DNA of 44,487 nt from a virus (Duplodnaviria > Caudoviricetes). The notes beneath the pieces were generated by a model that made no database searches, was not told where the DNA came from, and saw only the letters and a list, made by a program, of their open reading frames with translations. A program made the position numbers and the translations under genes. The DNA is taken from IMG/VR virus record IMGVR_UViG_3300049171_000067, positions 1-44,487 of that record, one strand, 5' to 3'. How positions within the stretch are numbered: position 1 is the stretch's first letter; each line of letters begins with the position of its first letter. This document shows, piece by piece, positions 1 to 7,430 of this stretch.

Positions 1-57
1 AGGCTGACCGCTTTACCGGACTAAAGAAAATAAAAGTACTTCACCAAACTAAAGTTT

Positions 58-2613
58 CTAGTCTGGTGAAGATAAACCGCCGCCAGATACTACTGTGAGA
101 TTCGGTTTGCCTTGCATTTTATCGCGGATCTCTTTGTCAACTTCTTTGTAATGTTTGCAATCACGTTTCACTAGCTCATAAAACTTCTCTTTTGCTTGGT
201 TGTAGGCTAGTTTGTATTCATCTGATCCTTGCTTGGTTCGTTTTCCTTCCCAAATGAAAGCTGGAGCAGGAAAGATTACATTTGCTGATCCTTCGATAGA
301 GTAGAGGCAGCCATGATTGTCAGGCAAGTTTTTGATTTGCTCTTCCGTGAATGTGTTATTCATCAAATCGACTGCAAGACTCACATCGCCTTTTTGTCTA
401 AGTGAGATTTGAAAGCCACAGTTGATTTCTAACGCGTCTTTTACTTTCTGATCGAGTGAATCAACATCTTGAGTACTTTGCCACAGCCCGAAACGAAATT
501 TTCTTGTCTGCTGAATTATGTCGGCGAATCTTTCGATTTTAAACATTTGGGCCTCATCTACGATCATATAGTGATGTTTTCCGGTGTAGGCTTCTCTTGC
601 TTTTGCCGTGTGAAAGTAGTTATTCGCTACCCATGCTGCTGTTAATTTATAAACGTCATCGTTAGCATTTTTGAAATCAATGAGCACGATTTCTCCCTTT
701 TCAAAAGAACGTTTCCCACTGATGACATTATTCGCTTGTGCAAAACTACGTTGCATATCTTTGTGTCCTAAGAAAGGAAAAAGACGGGTTACAATTGCGG
801 AAATGCTAGTAGGTTTTTTTCCTTGCTTTTGTTTTTCAAGGATTTCCTCCAGTAATTCTTCTAACTCAGCTTTTATATACTCGTTGTCCACTTCATCAAT
901 CACATTAGAGAGAAAGTTTGTATCTCGGAATACTTTCGTTATTTGAGCGATAGTGTGATTTTCTTCCCCGTCTGATAAAAGAGCTTCTATAGCCATCTGC
1001 AATAAAACAGCGCTTTTTGATAAATCACCAGGGAATGCTGACAGAATAATTTGAGTTGCCTCTGCAGCTTTTGCCGATATAGAACCTTGGTTATTCTCAT
1101 CAAAGTGAAGTAAATTCAACGGCGTAGGATACTCATTTTCTGGGTTGAAAGAGTAACATCTAACCCGGCTCCAATCTACTTTCACCCCTTGACGTTCCTG
1201 TTCTAATAATCGATTCATAACAAGAAGATTCGCAAGTTCATGTGGATCAAACTGAGTCATTCCAGCCTCAATTAAACCCAATACCCAAGCCTCAACAAAT
1301 CCATCTGCAATACTTCCCAAAGTTGCCCCTTTACCTGATCCGGTCATACCTGGAATAATTCCATGACGGTCTAATGTTTCCCAATCTAGATAAATCGGGC
1401 GACCTTTTTGGATGATATCCTCAATGGTTCGTTCTCCATTAACCTTTGGAGGCAGGAGACTCTCATGATCAGCGTAACCGATTCTTAAACCTTTACGTAG
1501 TTCATGATTTTTCGGTTTGAGCTTCTCCATAATGGTTTCTATTTGTTCCATGACTTGGTGATTAGTAGGTGGAGTAAAGAGCAATTGTGCTAACTCATTA
1601 TCATTCCAGATCATTTTCCTTCTAGGCAGAATGAAATTGTAATTCAATCCATTTTGAATTCGAGACACCCAATGTTTCTTTAATATGAGAGAGTTGTTAA
1701 CTCCTTTTGTGTGCTGCTCTATTTGTCGTGATATGTCCACGATTCCTTTTTTAGACCAGAGATTTACAGTGACTTCAAACGCTGAATGACCTCGGAAACG
1801 CTTTGTTATTTCTGTTTCATCCATGTTTTCGGTTTTGGTTTTCTTCTTTTTGGATAAGAAGCGGCTTAATGCGCTTTTTCCATCTTCACGAAAATCATCT
1901 ATATCAGTTGGTGTGAATCTTACATCGATCACACTGCTTTTCGGCATGGTATACAATATTGAGCCCATGTTATTAGAAAGAATGTTGCTGATACCATAGC
2001 CGCCTTCTTTTCGACTAAATACCATGTGACCTGAAAAGCCTGTTCCTTTCTCGAAAAAAGGTATCTCATCGAATTCTGTATCTAATCTCACTGAATGATG
2101 AGGTAAGAACTCTTTCAAGTTGTTCATATAGGATTCTGTTTGATCCTGTGGGACTAAAAAACGAAAACTAATAATTCCTTTTTCGTCTTTGATAATCAGA
2201 TATCTAGCCCAAGCTTTTCCTTTAATCATTTTTTTGAACCAGTGACGCTGCACATAAAAGAATGATTTTGTTAGCTTTTCTATATCATGAGACTTAATAT
2301 CATGTACTTGGCTTGGTGCTACTTGAATCACGTCTAATTTTTCGTTTTTTAGTTGTGCTATTTTCAAACCGCCGTAGGTTAGACCTGCTACGGCAGCCGT
2401 TCCAGCTCCGATCCCTATGATATCTACAGCTGTATTTGTTATTTGATCAAATGAGCTTGATGTATTTGCAGTTGCCTGCTCTGGCTCTAGGATCGGATTT
2501 AATTTGTTCCAAAGCCAATATAAACCACCGATAAAAGCAGTTCCGCCGATTCCAACAGTGGCTTTGTTTAATTCTTGTTCTCCACCGTTTTGTTCTTTCA
2601 AGTATTCTTTCAT
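58..2613 (-). CDS. VirD4/TraG-like (FtsK-HerA superfamily) membrane-anchored ATPase, putative coupling protein or DNA translocase
   Basis: Two N-terminal hydrophobic segments, Walker A GMTGSGKG, Walker B IVDEAQ, followed by the RKFRFGLWQSTQ motif typical of coupling-protein/HerA ATPases; ATG at 2613 has SD AAGGAG (track start 2622). Confidence 0.8.
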   Translation of the reverse strand: MKEYLKEQNGGEQELNKATVGIGGTAFIGGLYWLWNKLNPILEPEQATANTSSSFDQITNTAVDIIGIGAGTAAVAGLTYGGLKIAQLKNEKLDVIQVAPSQVHDIKSHDIEKLTKSFFYVQRHWFKKMIKGKAWARYLIIKDEKGIISFRFLVPQDQTESYMNNLKEFLPHHSVRLDTEFDEIPFFEKGTGFSGHMVFSRKEGGYGISNILSNNMGSILYTMPKSSVIDVRFTPTDIDDFREDGKSALSRFLSKKKKTKTENMDETEITKRFRGHSAFEVTVNLWSKKGIVDISRQIEQHTKGVNNSLILKKHWVSRIQNGLNYNFILPRRKMIWNDNELAQLLFTPPTNHQVMEQIETIMEKLKPKNHELRKGLRIGYADHESLLPPKVNGERTIEDIIQKGRPIYLDWETLDRHGIIPGMTGSGKGATLGSIADGFVEAWVLGLIEAGMTQFDPHELANLLVMNRLLEQERQGVKVDWSRVRCYSFNPENEYPTPLNLLHFDENNQGSISAKAAEATQIILSAFPGDLSKSAVLLQMAIEALLSDGEENHTIAQITKVFRDTNFLSNVIDEVDNEYIKAELEELLEEILEKQKQGKKPTSISAIVTRLFPFLGHKDMQRSFAQANNVISGKRSFEKGEIVLIDFKNANDDVYKLTAAWVANNYFHTAKAREAYTGKHHYMIVDEAQMFKIERFADIIQQTRKFRFGLWQSTQDVDSLDQKVKDALEINCGFQISLRQKGDVSLAVDLMNNTFTEEQIKNLPDNHGCLYSIEGSANVIFPAPAFIWEGKRTKQGSDEYKLAYNQAKEKFYELVKRDCKHYKEVDKEIRDKMQGKPNLTVVSGGGLSSPD

Positions 2614-2657
2614 TGTTTGCACTCCTTCTATTCTGTGTTGATCCGAAAGAATTTGAT

Positions 2658-2669
2658 GAACATTTGTTT
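2658..2669. promoter_or_regulatory. Possible LexA (Cheo) box upstream of the ATPase gene
   Basis: GAACATTTGTTT fits GAAC-N4-GTTY; an identical 12-mer is at 9100-9111. Confidence 0.4.
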
Positions 2670-2783
2670 ACTTTGTTATTTTCTCCTAATAAGTAGTAGA
2701 TAGATATGCTAGAATTGAAATGTTCAAATTTCCTTTGGACATTCCCCGTCCAGTTTCGCGGCTCGGCGGGGTTATTTGTGTTT

Positions 2784-2945
2784 CTAGAAATCAGATTTTA
2801 CTTTGTCCCACTCAGATACGTTTGTATCTACGCCTTTGCCGGATTCAATTTGCCCTTCGATTCCTTTCCCATCTTGCCAATCGGTCACTTTTTCTCCTCC
2901 AGAACCAGCCCATGTATTTTTCAACACATCGTCAGAACTTCCCAT
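2784..2945 (-). CDS. 53-aa micro-protein (MGSSDDVLKNTWAGSGGEKVTDWQDGKGIEGQIESGK...), paralogue of 3726..3872
   Basis: Translated by hand (below track cutoff); SD AAGGAGG; about 60% identical to 3726..3872. Confidence 0.8.
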   Translation of the reverse strand: MGSSDDVLKNTWAGSGGEKVTDWQDGKGIEGQIESGKGVDTNVSEWDKVKSDF

Positions 2946-2959
2946 TTGTAAAAGCCTCC

Positions 2960-3130
2960 TTATTCGTTTTCCTTGTTGTTTTTATTGAACTTCTCCAGTA
3001 GAAGTTTAATCGCCTCATCAAGCAGTTTTGATTTTGGGATCATCGTGTCCTCTGATAATTCATTGAATTTCTCGAAAAGTCCGTTTTCCATCGTGTTACT
3101 AAATCGTGTTCTGTTTTTTAAACTGCTCAC
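2960..3130 (-). CDS. Ribbon-helix-helix DNA-binding protein, likely autorepressor of the ATPase operon
   Basis: LKNRTRFSNTMENGLFEKFNELSEDTMIPKSKLLDEAIKLLL is an RHH pattern; GTG at 3130 with SD GGAGG. Confidence 0.8.
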   Translation of the reverse strand: MSSLKNRTRFSNTMENGLFEKFNELSEDTMIPKSKLLDEAIKLLLEKFNKNNKENE

Positions 3131-3151
3131 CTCAAACCCTCCTTTTCTTAC

Positions 3152-3180
3152 ATTATAATGCAAACTTAATGTTAATGCAA
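3152..3180 (-). promoter_or_regulatory. Leftward sigma-A promoter of the RHH/ATPase operon
   Basis: Minus strand TTGCAT-17 nt-TATAAT; overlapped and flanked by TAATGCAA x2 and GTTAAATAA x2 repeats (candidate RHH operators). Confidence 0.7.
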
Positions 3181-3214
3181 GTTAAATAAGGTTAAATAAA
3201 TTTATAAAAAGTGC

Positions 3215-3243
3215 TTGCACTTTGATTAACTTTAAAGTATGAT
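3215..3243 (+). promoter_or_regulatory. Rightward sigma-A promoter of the micro-ORF operon
   Basis: TTGCAC-17 nt-TATGAT. Confidence 0.7.
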
Positions 3244-3274
3244 GTACTCAACTACAACGAAAGGGGTGCAAACA

Positions 3275-3481
3275 ATGCTTAGTTTACTTGAGTTTCTTCT
3301 AGTCTTAGCGGTGGTCATATCTGTGGGGGTGCAACTAGTGGCGACGATTTGGAAGCTGAAACTTGCTATTAAAAAAGTAGCTCGTAAAGTTTCCGATAAC
3401 GTGATTGTAGCTTTCCTTATAAAAATCGGAATGTTCTTATATTTCGGTTTGGTTGCTACCGTTGACCGTTCCATCAACTAG
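3275..3481 (+). CDS. Small two-TM membrane protein
   Basis: Two hydrophobic stretches; SD AAGGGG before MLSLLEF (track start 3239 overlaps the promoter). Confidence 0.65.
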   Translation: MLSLLEFLLVLAVVISVGVQLVATIWKLKLAIKKVARKVSDNVIVAFLIKIGMFLYFGLVATVDRSIN

Positions 3482-3513
3482 AAGGAACTCAAGTATGTGG
3501 GGGAGGTGAAAAG

Positions 3514-3714
3514 ATGTTCTTTAAACCGAGTGAATTTGAGATCGATGGGAAACTAGATCGATATTACAAACTTGATGGTAAAATCTATTCTTGTTTGAAC
3601 GATGTAACACCCAACGATCCCGATTATGATCATTGGCAACGTCAAGCAAAGCGCATGATAGAAGAAAAGAAAAAGCTTATAGAATGGTTCCGAAAATATG
3701 GAATTGATTATTAG
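3514..3714 (+). CDS. Hypothetical protein (66 aa)
   Basis: ORF with strong SD GGAGGTG. Confidence 0.75.
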   Translation: MFFKPSEFEIDGKLDRYYKLDGKIYSCLNDVTPNDPDYDHWQRQAKRMIEEKKKLIEWFRKYGIDY

Positions 3715-3725
3715 GAGGAAATCAT

Positions 3726-3872
3726 ATGAGAAGTTCAGACAATATTTTTGATAATCTTTGGAGTAAATCTGGCGGGGAAAAGATCACAGAGTGGGAAGAC
3801 GGCAGAGGGATCGAGAATCAAATTGAAAGTGGTAAAGCACCAGATACCCAGCTACCGGAATGCGATTGGTAA
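3726..3872 (+). CDS. 48-aa micro-protein (MRSSDNIFDNLWSKSGGEKITEWEDGRGIENQIESGK...), paralogue of 2784..2945
   Basis: Translated by hand; SD AGGAGG; homology to 2784..2945. Confidence 0.8.
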   Translation: MRSSDNIFDNLWSKSGGEKITEWEDGRGIENQIESGKAPDTQLPECDW

Positions 3873-3910
3873 ATCAGATGAGGTTTTATTAACTCTAGGA
3901 GGTGAGATGA

Positions 3911-4015
3911 ATGATTCGTTACAACATCATCGACGACATTGCAGCAGTAGCAGCAGGAACAATGTCAACAGAGGAATTTGTCAAGAAGCATGGACAGAAA
4001 CCAGAAAAAAAGTAA
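3911..4015 (+). CDS. 34-aa micro-protein MIRYNIIDDIAAVAAGTMSTEEFVKKHGQKPEKK
   Basis: Translated by hand; SD AGGAGGTG. Confidence 0.55.
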   Translation: MIRYNIIDDIAAVAAGTMSTEEFVKKHGQKPEKK

Positions 4016-4285
4016 AGCACCCTCACACGTGGTAAGAGTGCCCCTCAGAAGCTCATTTTATCACGTGTGGGAGCTTTCCGCAAAGGAGGAATCCCACAGT
4101 GTTAATCAACCATGTTGATTTAGAGCCATGGCCAACAGAGCCGATAAGCCGATAACTAACAATCCTGTTTAATATAAAAATCCATGTTGCGAGGTGATTC
4201 CAATGACTCGTGAACCAGCGGAGTACTAATTTTATCAAACGAAATTCAAGTAATAACAAATAAAAATTGAAATGGAGTGTTTTAC

Positions 4286-4441
4286 ATGTACATCCCAGGA
4301 GATCCAAAGGAAGCTTTGGAGGCCATTAAAAAGTATATGAGTAAACCAGGTCTTACAGCAAAGGAAATTGATGTTCTTCTTGATGCTGCAAAGGAAGCAC
4401 AACGCAGAGTAAACGAGGATTTAAAACGTTTGAAAGGTTAG
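4286..4441 (+). CDS. 51-aa helical micro-protein (MYIPGDPKEALEAIKKY...)
   Basis: Translated by hand; SD GGAG. Confidence 0.6.
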   Translation: MYIPGDPKEALEAIKKYMSKPGLTAKEIDVLLDAAKEAQRRVNEDLKRLKG

Positions 4442-4445
4442 TTCC

Positions 4446-4490
4446 TTGCTACAGCTCATGAATATATGTCATGGGCTGGATGGAGGGAAA
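4446..4490 (+). repeat. Hairpin repeat copy 1 (TTGCTACAGCTCAT...TGGGCTGSATGGAGGGAAA)
   Basis: Direct repeat with 5298-5338; CAGCTCAT/RTGGGCTG stem retained with a different loop. Confidence 0.8.
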
Positions 4491-4523
4491 TCACCATAAT
4501 ACAAACATATTGGAGGAATACAG

Positions 4524-5291
4524 ATGGGATTTTTGAGTTTCTTTGGTGGGAGTAGTTCAGTGTCAGATAAACGTCGGAGCGTATACGAACGGCTTATAGA
4601 CCAATTGAAAAGAGAGTTGGGTGATATCGAGGATAAAATAGAACGATACAAAAACTGGATTTACGACAATGAACAAGAAGCTCGTGACAAATACAAAGAA
4701 TGGGAGCGAAAGAAAGATGAGTATCTAAAGCTCCACTGGGCTTGGCAGACAGAAAAAGACCATCGGCAAAAGGATAAAATGAGGGTTGATGCGGGGTACG
4801 CCCTCAATATAACTACTCAACTCGAACAAAAGTGGAAGAAGTATGAGCGCGAAGAAAAGAAGCTAAAACGTGACCTAGAGGATTACGAGCGTTTGTATCG
4901 AGAGAAAAAACAAGAAATCAAAGATACGGAACGCGACTTTGATCACGCAATGGATGAACTAAGAACTGAGATACGTGAGCTAGAAACCGAAATACGGGAA
5001 AAGGAATATTATTTGCGTCAATACGAGAAGGAAAGAGATGACGCTAAATATGAAATGAAGTATTACAAAGAAGATACCGAGCGGTGCGAGCGTGAGGTGC
5101 GTAACGCCAAATATAAAAATAAGGATCAAGAAATAATTGAAGAACTCGAAGACCGAGCAGACGATGCACGAGAAGAGTACCAAAAACAGAAAGAATTGTT
5201 TGAGGAGTTTCAGAAAGAGTGTTGGAAGACTGAGCAGAAAATACGCGAACTCAAAGAGGAATTACGTGATCTGGAGGATGCTTATAGATAA
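4524..5291 (+). CDS. Highly charged long coiled-coil protein (255 aa) with N-terminal MGFLSFFG
   Basis: E/K/R-rich helical sequence with no prolines; SD GGAGG. Confidence 0.8.
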   Translation: MGFLSFFGGSSSVSDKRRSVYERLIDQLKRELGDIEDKIERYKNWIYDNEQEARDKYKEWERKKDEYLKLHWAWQTEKDHRQKDKMRVDAGYALNITTQLEQKWKKYEREEKKLKRDLEDYERLYREKKQEIKDTERDFDHAMDELRTEIRELETEIREKEYYLRQYEKERDDAKYEMKYYKEDTERCEREVRNAKYKNKDQEIIEELEDRADDAREEYQKQKELFEEFQKECWKTEQKIRELKEELRDLEDAYR

Positions 5292-5297
5292 CTTTCT

Positions 5298-5338
5298 TTG
5301 CTACAGCTCATCTGTATGGTGGGCTGCATGGAGGGAAA
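5298..5338 (+). repeat. Hairpin repeat copy 2
   Basis: Direct repeat with 4446-4490. Confidence 0.8.
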
Positions 5339-5413
5339 GAACTCCAAATATTGCTACAATAGGAGGATATATCAGGTTACATCTTATTATTTTTGTGAGG
5401 TTGGAGGTATCAC

Positions 5414-5578
5414 ATGAGTAGGGATTACATTGATGAAAGTAATGTTGATTTGTATTGGGAAGAGTTGATGGAAGAGGGGCAAACAACTTGCCCAGAGTGC
5501 AGTAGAGTATACGCTCCCAAGCATTATGACGGCTGCCCCTCATGTTTGATTGATGATAATTATTATGATGATTACTAA
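5414..5578 (+). CDS. 54-aa acidic zinc-ribbon micro-protein (CPEC...CPSC)
   Basis: Translated by hand; SD GGAGGT; two CxxC motifs. Confidence 0.7.
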   Translation: MSRDYIDESNVDLYWEELMEEGQTTCPECSRVYAPKHYDGCPSCLIDDNYYDDY

Positions 5579-5680
5579 AACAGGCGGCGCGGCTGCCATC
5601 AAATAAAAAAGGAATCCGCGTGGGACTCCTGTCTGCAAATAGAGTGTACCACGTGGATTCCTCAAAAAAAAGGGGAATGC

Positions 5681-5818
5681 ATGATGGGATTAGGTTTCAT
5701 GGACAACTCAAAAGGTAGTAAGGCTCACGAAGAATCACACAAGCAATTACTCGAAAAAAAGGAAATCGAGAAAGCTAAAAAAGATCGTGAAGAAAAAGAG
5801 AAGAAAAATAAATGGTAA
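5681..5818 (+). CDS. 45-aa Lys/Glu-rich micro-protein
   Basis: Translated by hand; SD AAGGGG; ends at a terminator. Confidence 0.55.
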   Translation: MMGLGFMDNSKGSKAHEESHKQLLEKKEIEKAKKDREEKEKKNKW

Positions 5819-5824
5819 AAGCGA

Positions 5825-5850
5825 AACCCCTCTTATGAGGGGTTATTTTA
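5825..5850. terminator. Probable bidirectional intrinsic terminator
   Basis: AACCCCTC-TTAT-GAGGGGTT hairpin between convergent genes. Confidence 0.65.
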
Positions 5851-6154
5851 GTTGTCCATTATGTAAGTGTAGTAAGTTGTTTTCTGCCAGCAACATGAAA
5901 CATTCGTAGAGATCCAGCCAGATATTACGGTTTTTGATGTCGTCTTGTTTTCCAAAGTAAATTGCAACATCACCAAGCCAGTCTTCAATAGCTTTGGGAG
6001 AATGATCTTGGATAGATCGTAAGATCATTGGTTTGATTTGATTGAACTTAGATAAGATAAGGCGTTCGTCATCCAAATAGATTCGGTCTGTATAGTCCAA
6101 TGCTCGAAGCTTTGACCAATCTTTACTAATTTTCCGAGTAAGAAGATTAACCAT
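5843..6154 (-). CDS. Hypothetical protein
   Basis: Track ORF 5843..6190; AGGAG SD favours start at MVNLL (6154). Confidence 0.65.
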   Translation of the reverse strand: MVNLLTRKISKDWSKLRALDYTDRIYLDDERLILSKFNQIKPMILRSIQDHSPKAIEDWLGDVAIYFGKQDDIKNRNIWLDLYECFMLLAENNLLHLHNGQLK

Positions 6155-6176
6155 AATATCAATCACTCCTATTTTT

Positions 6177-6377
6177 TTAATCTGGAACATGCTCGATCAC
6201 TTGATCAATCCTAAGCCCATAATAGTTACAGATTTTATCAACTGTATCCCAACTAACAGGTTCATCCTTCCACACTTTGGAGGCGGTTCTAGAGTTTAAT
6301 CCAACCTTCTCCACAAGTTCCATACGGTTTCGGTTGTCAGCAGCATGCCACATTCGAAAAGGCTTAAACGAAATCAT
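6177..6377 (-). CDS. Small Cro/C1-type HTH regulator
   Basis: MISFKPF...ELVEKVGLNSRTASKVWKDEPVSWDTVDKICNYYGLRIDQVIEH; SD GAGGAG (track start 6395). Confidence 0.8.
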   Translation of the reverse strand: MISFKPFRMWHAADNRNRMELVEKVGLNSRTASKVWKDEPVSWDTVDKICNYYGLRIDQVIEHVPD

Positions 6378-6518
6378 ATTTTTACTCCTCTGCACATTAA
6401 TTTGTATATATGTAAAAATAAATGTACTTTTATGTTGATGACAGCATAAGCTATAGTATAAACTTAATATAGAAACAGCAAAAAAAACATAAAAAAATAC
6501 ACCTCGAAAGGAGGTGGT

Positions 6519-7007
6519 CTATGTAACAATAGCTGGTTCGATTACTTTTATTTCATCCTCATATTCGACTTCCACACCAGCCACTGGAGCAGGGACATTA
6601 CCCCATAACCACATTACTATCTCATCTAAATCATCAATATTCCCAACAAACTTATAGCCTTGATATTGAAAGCCAGCGCGTTTTTTTGATAGTTCCTCAT
6701 TATTGTTAGCATCTGCAAAGAATTTGCATGCTACTGGAGGGTAACCAAGAATCTTGCCTAGCAAGTATGTATTTTCAATTGATGGATCATTGACGGCTGC
6801 TAAGTAGTTGCTTTTAAGCTGCTCTGTTTGAAAAAACAAGATCCCAATATCGTACAAAGTGCCAGGGTTATCAAAGTCTTCTAGTTCATACTCGATGACA
6901 TGGGGGTAATTCAGGCTATGTAATTGATGGAGTATTTCACCATCGAATCGACTAGAACAAAGATAAGAGGGCTTGTACCCTTTTAAGAAAGATTCGTGTG
7001 TTTCCAT
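6519..7007 (-). CDS. Hypothetical protein (162 aa)
   Basis: ORF with LGKILGYPPVACKFF motif; followed by a hairpin and U-tract near 6490-6515 on the minus strand. Confidence 0.7.
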   Translation of the reverse strand: METHESFLKGYKPSYLCSSRFDGEILHQLHSLNYPHVIEYELEDFDNPGTLYDIGILFFQTEQLKSNYLAAVNDPSIENTYLLGKILGYPPVACKFFADANNNEELSKKRAGFQYQGYKFVGNIDDLDEIVMWLWGNVPAPVAGVEVEYEDEIKVIEPAIVT

Positions 7008-7038
7008 TGTTACACCTACTTTTAAGGAGTTGATCCGA

Positions 7039-7158
7039 TTGGCTAAGAAATATGTGTGCCCTGAATGCCGTGATGACTACGAAACAAACGAGAGTAATCC
7101 AATATGCCCAAAATGCTCTGCTAAAGAAAAGAAAAAGATCTATCTAAAAGAAAAGTAA
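7039..7158 (+). CDS. 39-aa zinc-ribbon micro-protein (CPEC...CPKC)
   Basis: TTG start with SD AAGGAG; two CxxC motifs; followed by a terminator. Confidence 0.6.
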   Translation: MAKKYVCPECRDDYETNESNPICPKCSAKEKKKIYLKEK

Positions 7159-7163
7159 AACAT

Positions 7164-7190
7164 AAGACTGGGGATTATCCCAGTCTTTTA
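7164..7190. terminator. Intrinsic terminator, possibly bidirectional
   Basis: AAGACTGGGA-TTA-TCCCAGTCTT perfect stem with T-rich tails on both strands. Confidence 0.7.
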
Positions 7191-7228
7191 TATTTCCATC
7201 CGATGTGTTTTGTTTCCCACTTGACGAA

Positions 7229-7250
7229 ATAAAAAAAGCCCCTTAGGGCT
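7229..7250 (-). terminator. Terminator closing the receptor-peptide operon
   Basis: Minus strand AGCCC-TAAG-GGGCT followed by a T-tract. Confidence 0.7.
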
Positions 7251-7281
7251 ATCGCTTCGGTGGTACTGGATCTGAACCCAT
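7249..7281 (-). CDS. Leaderless 10-aa peptide MGSDPVPPKR
   Basis: Near-perfect SD AAAGGAGGT 5 nt before ATG; lies between the propeptide stop and the terminator. Confidence 0.55.
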   Translation of the reverse strand: MGSDPVPPKR

Positions 7282-7301
7282 ATGATAACCTCCTTTCTTT
7301 C

Positions 7302-7430
7302 TTAGCAGCAGGATGGCTCAAAATAAGTTACATATTGTGTTTCGGATTGATTGTACCCGTCTCCAAAGGAAGTATTCGTTGGAGCTATACAAAGGATTGC
7401 AACGGCAATTATTGCAATAAGTGTTTTCAT
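7302..7430 (-). CDS. 42-aa secreted signalling propeptide (AimP/PapR/NprX-like) MKTLIAIIAVAILCIAPTNTSFGDGYNQSETQYVTYFEPSCC
   Basis: Translated by hand; SD GGAGGT inside the receptor 3' end, ATGA overlap with receptor stop; Sec-type signal peptide; canonical RRNPP gene order. Confidence 0.8.
   Translation of the reverse strand: MKTLIAIIAVAILCIAPTNTSFGDGYNQSETQYVTYFEPSCC

Noticed and set aside
3748-4035. 95-aa track ORF
   Set aside because: Overlaps two better-supported short ORFs with SDs, one of which has a paralogue
6507-6526. SD-ATG-TAA minigene
   Set aside because: The GGAGGT is one arm of the minus-strand terminator hairpin of gene 6519..7007, which explains it
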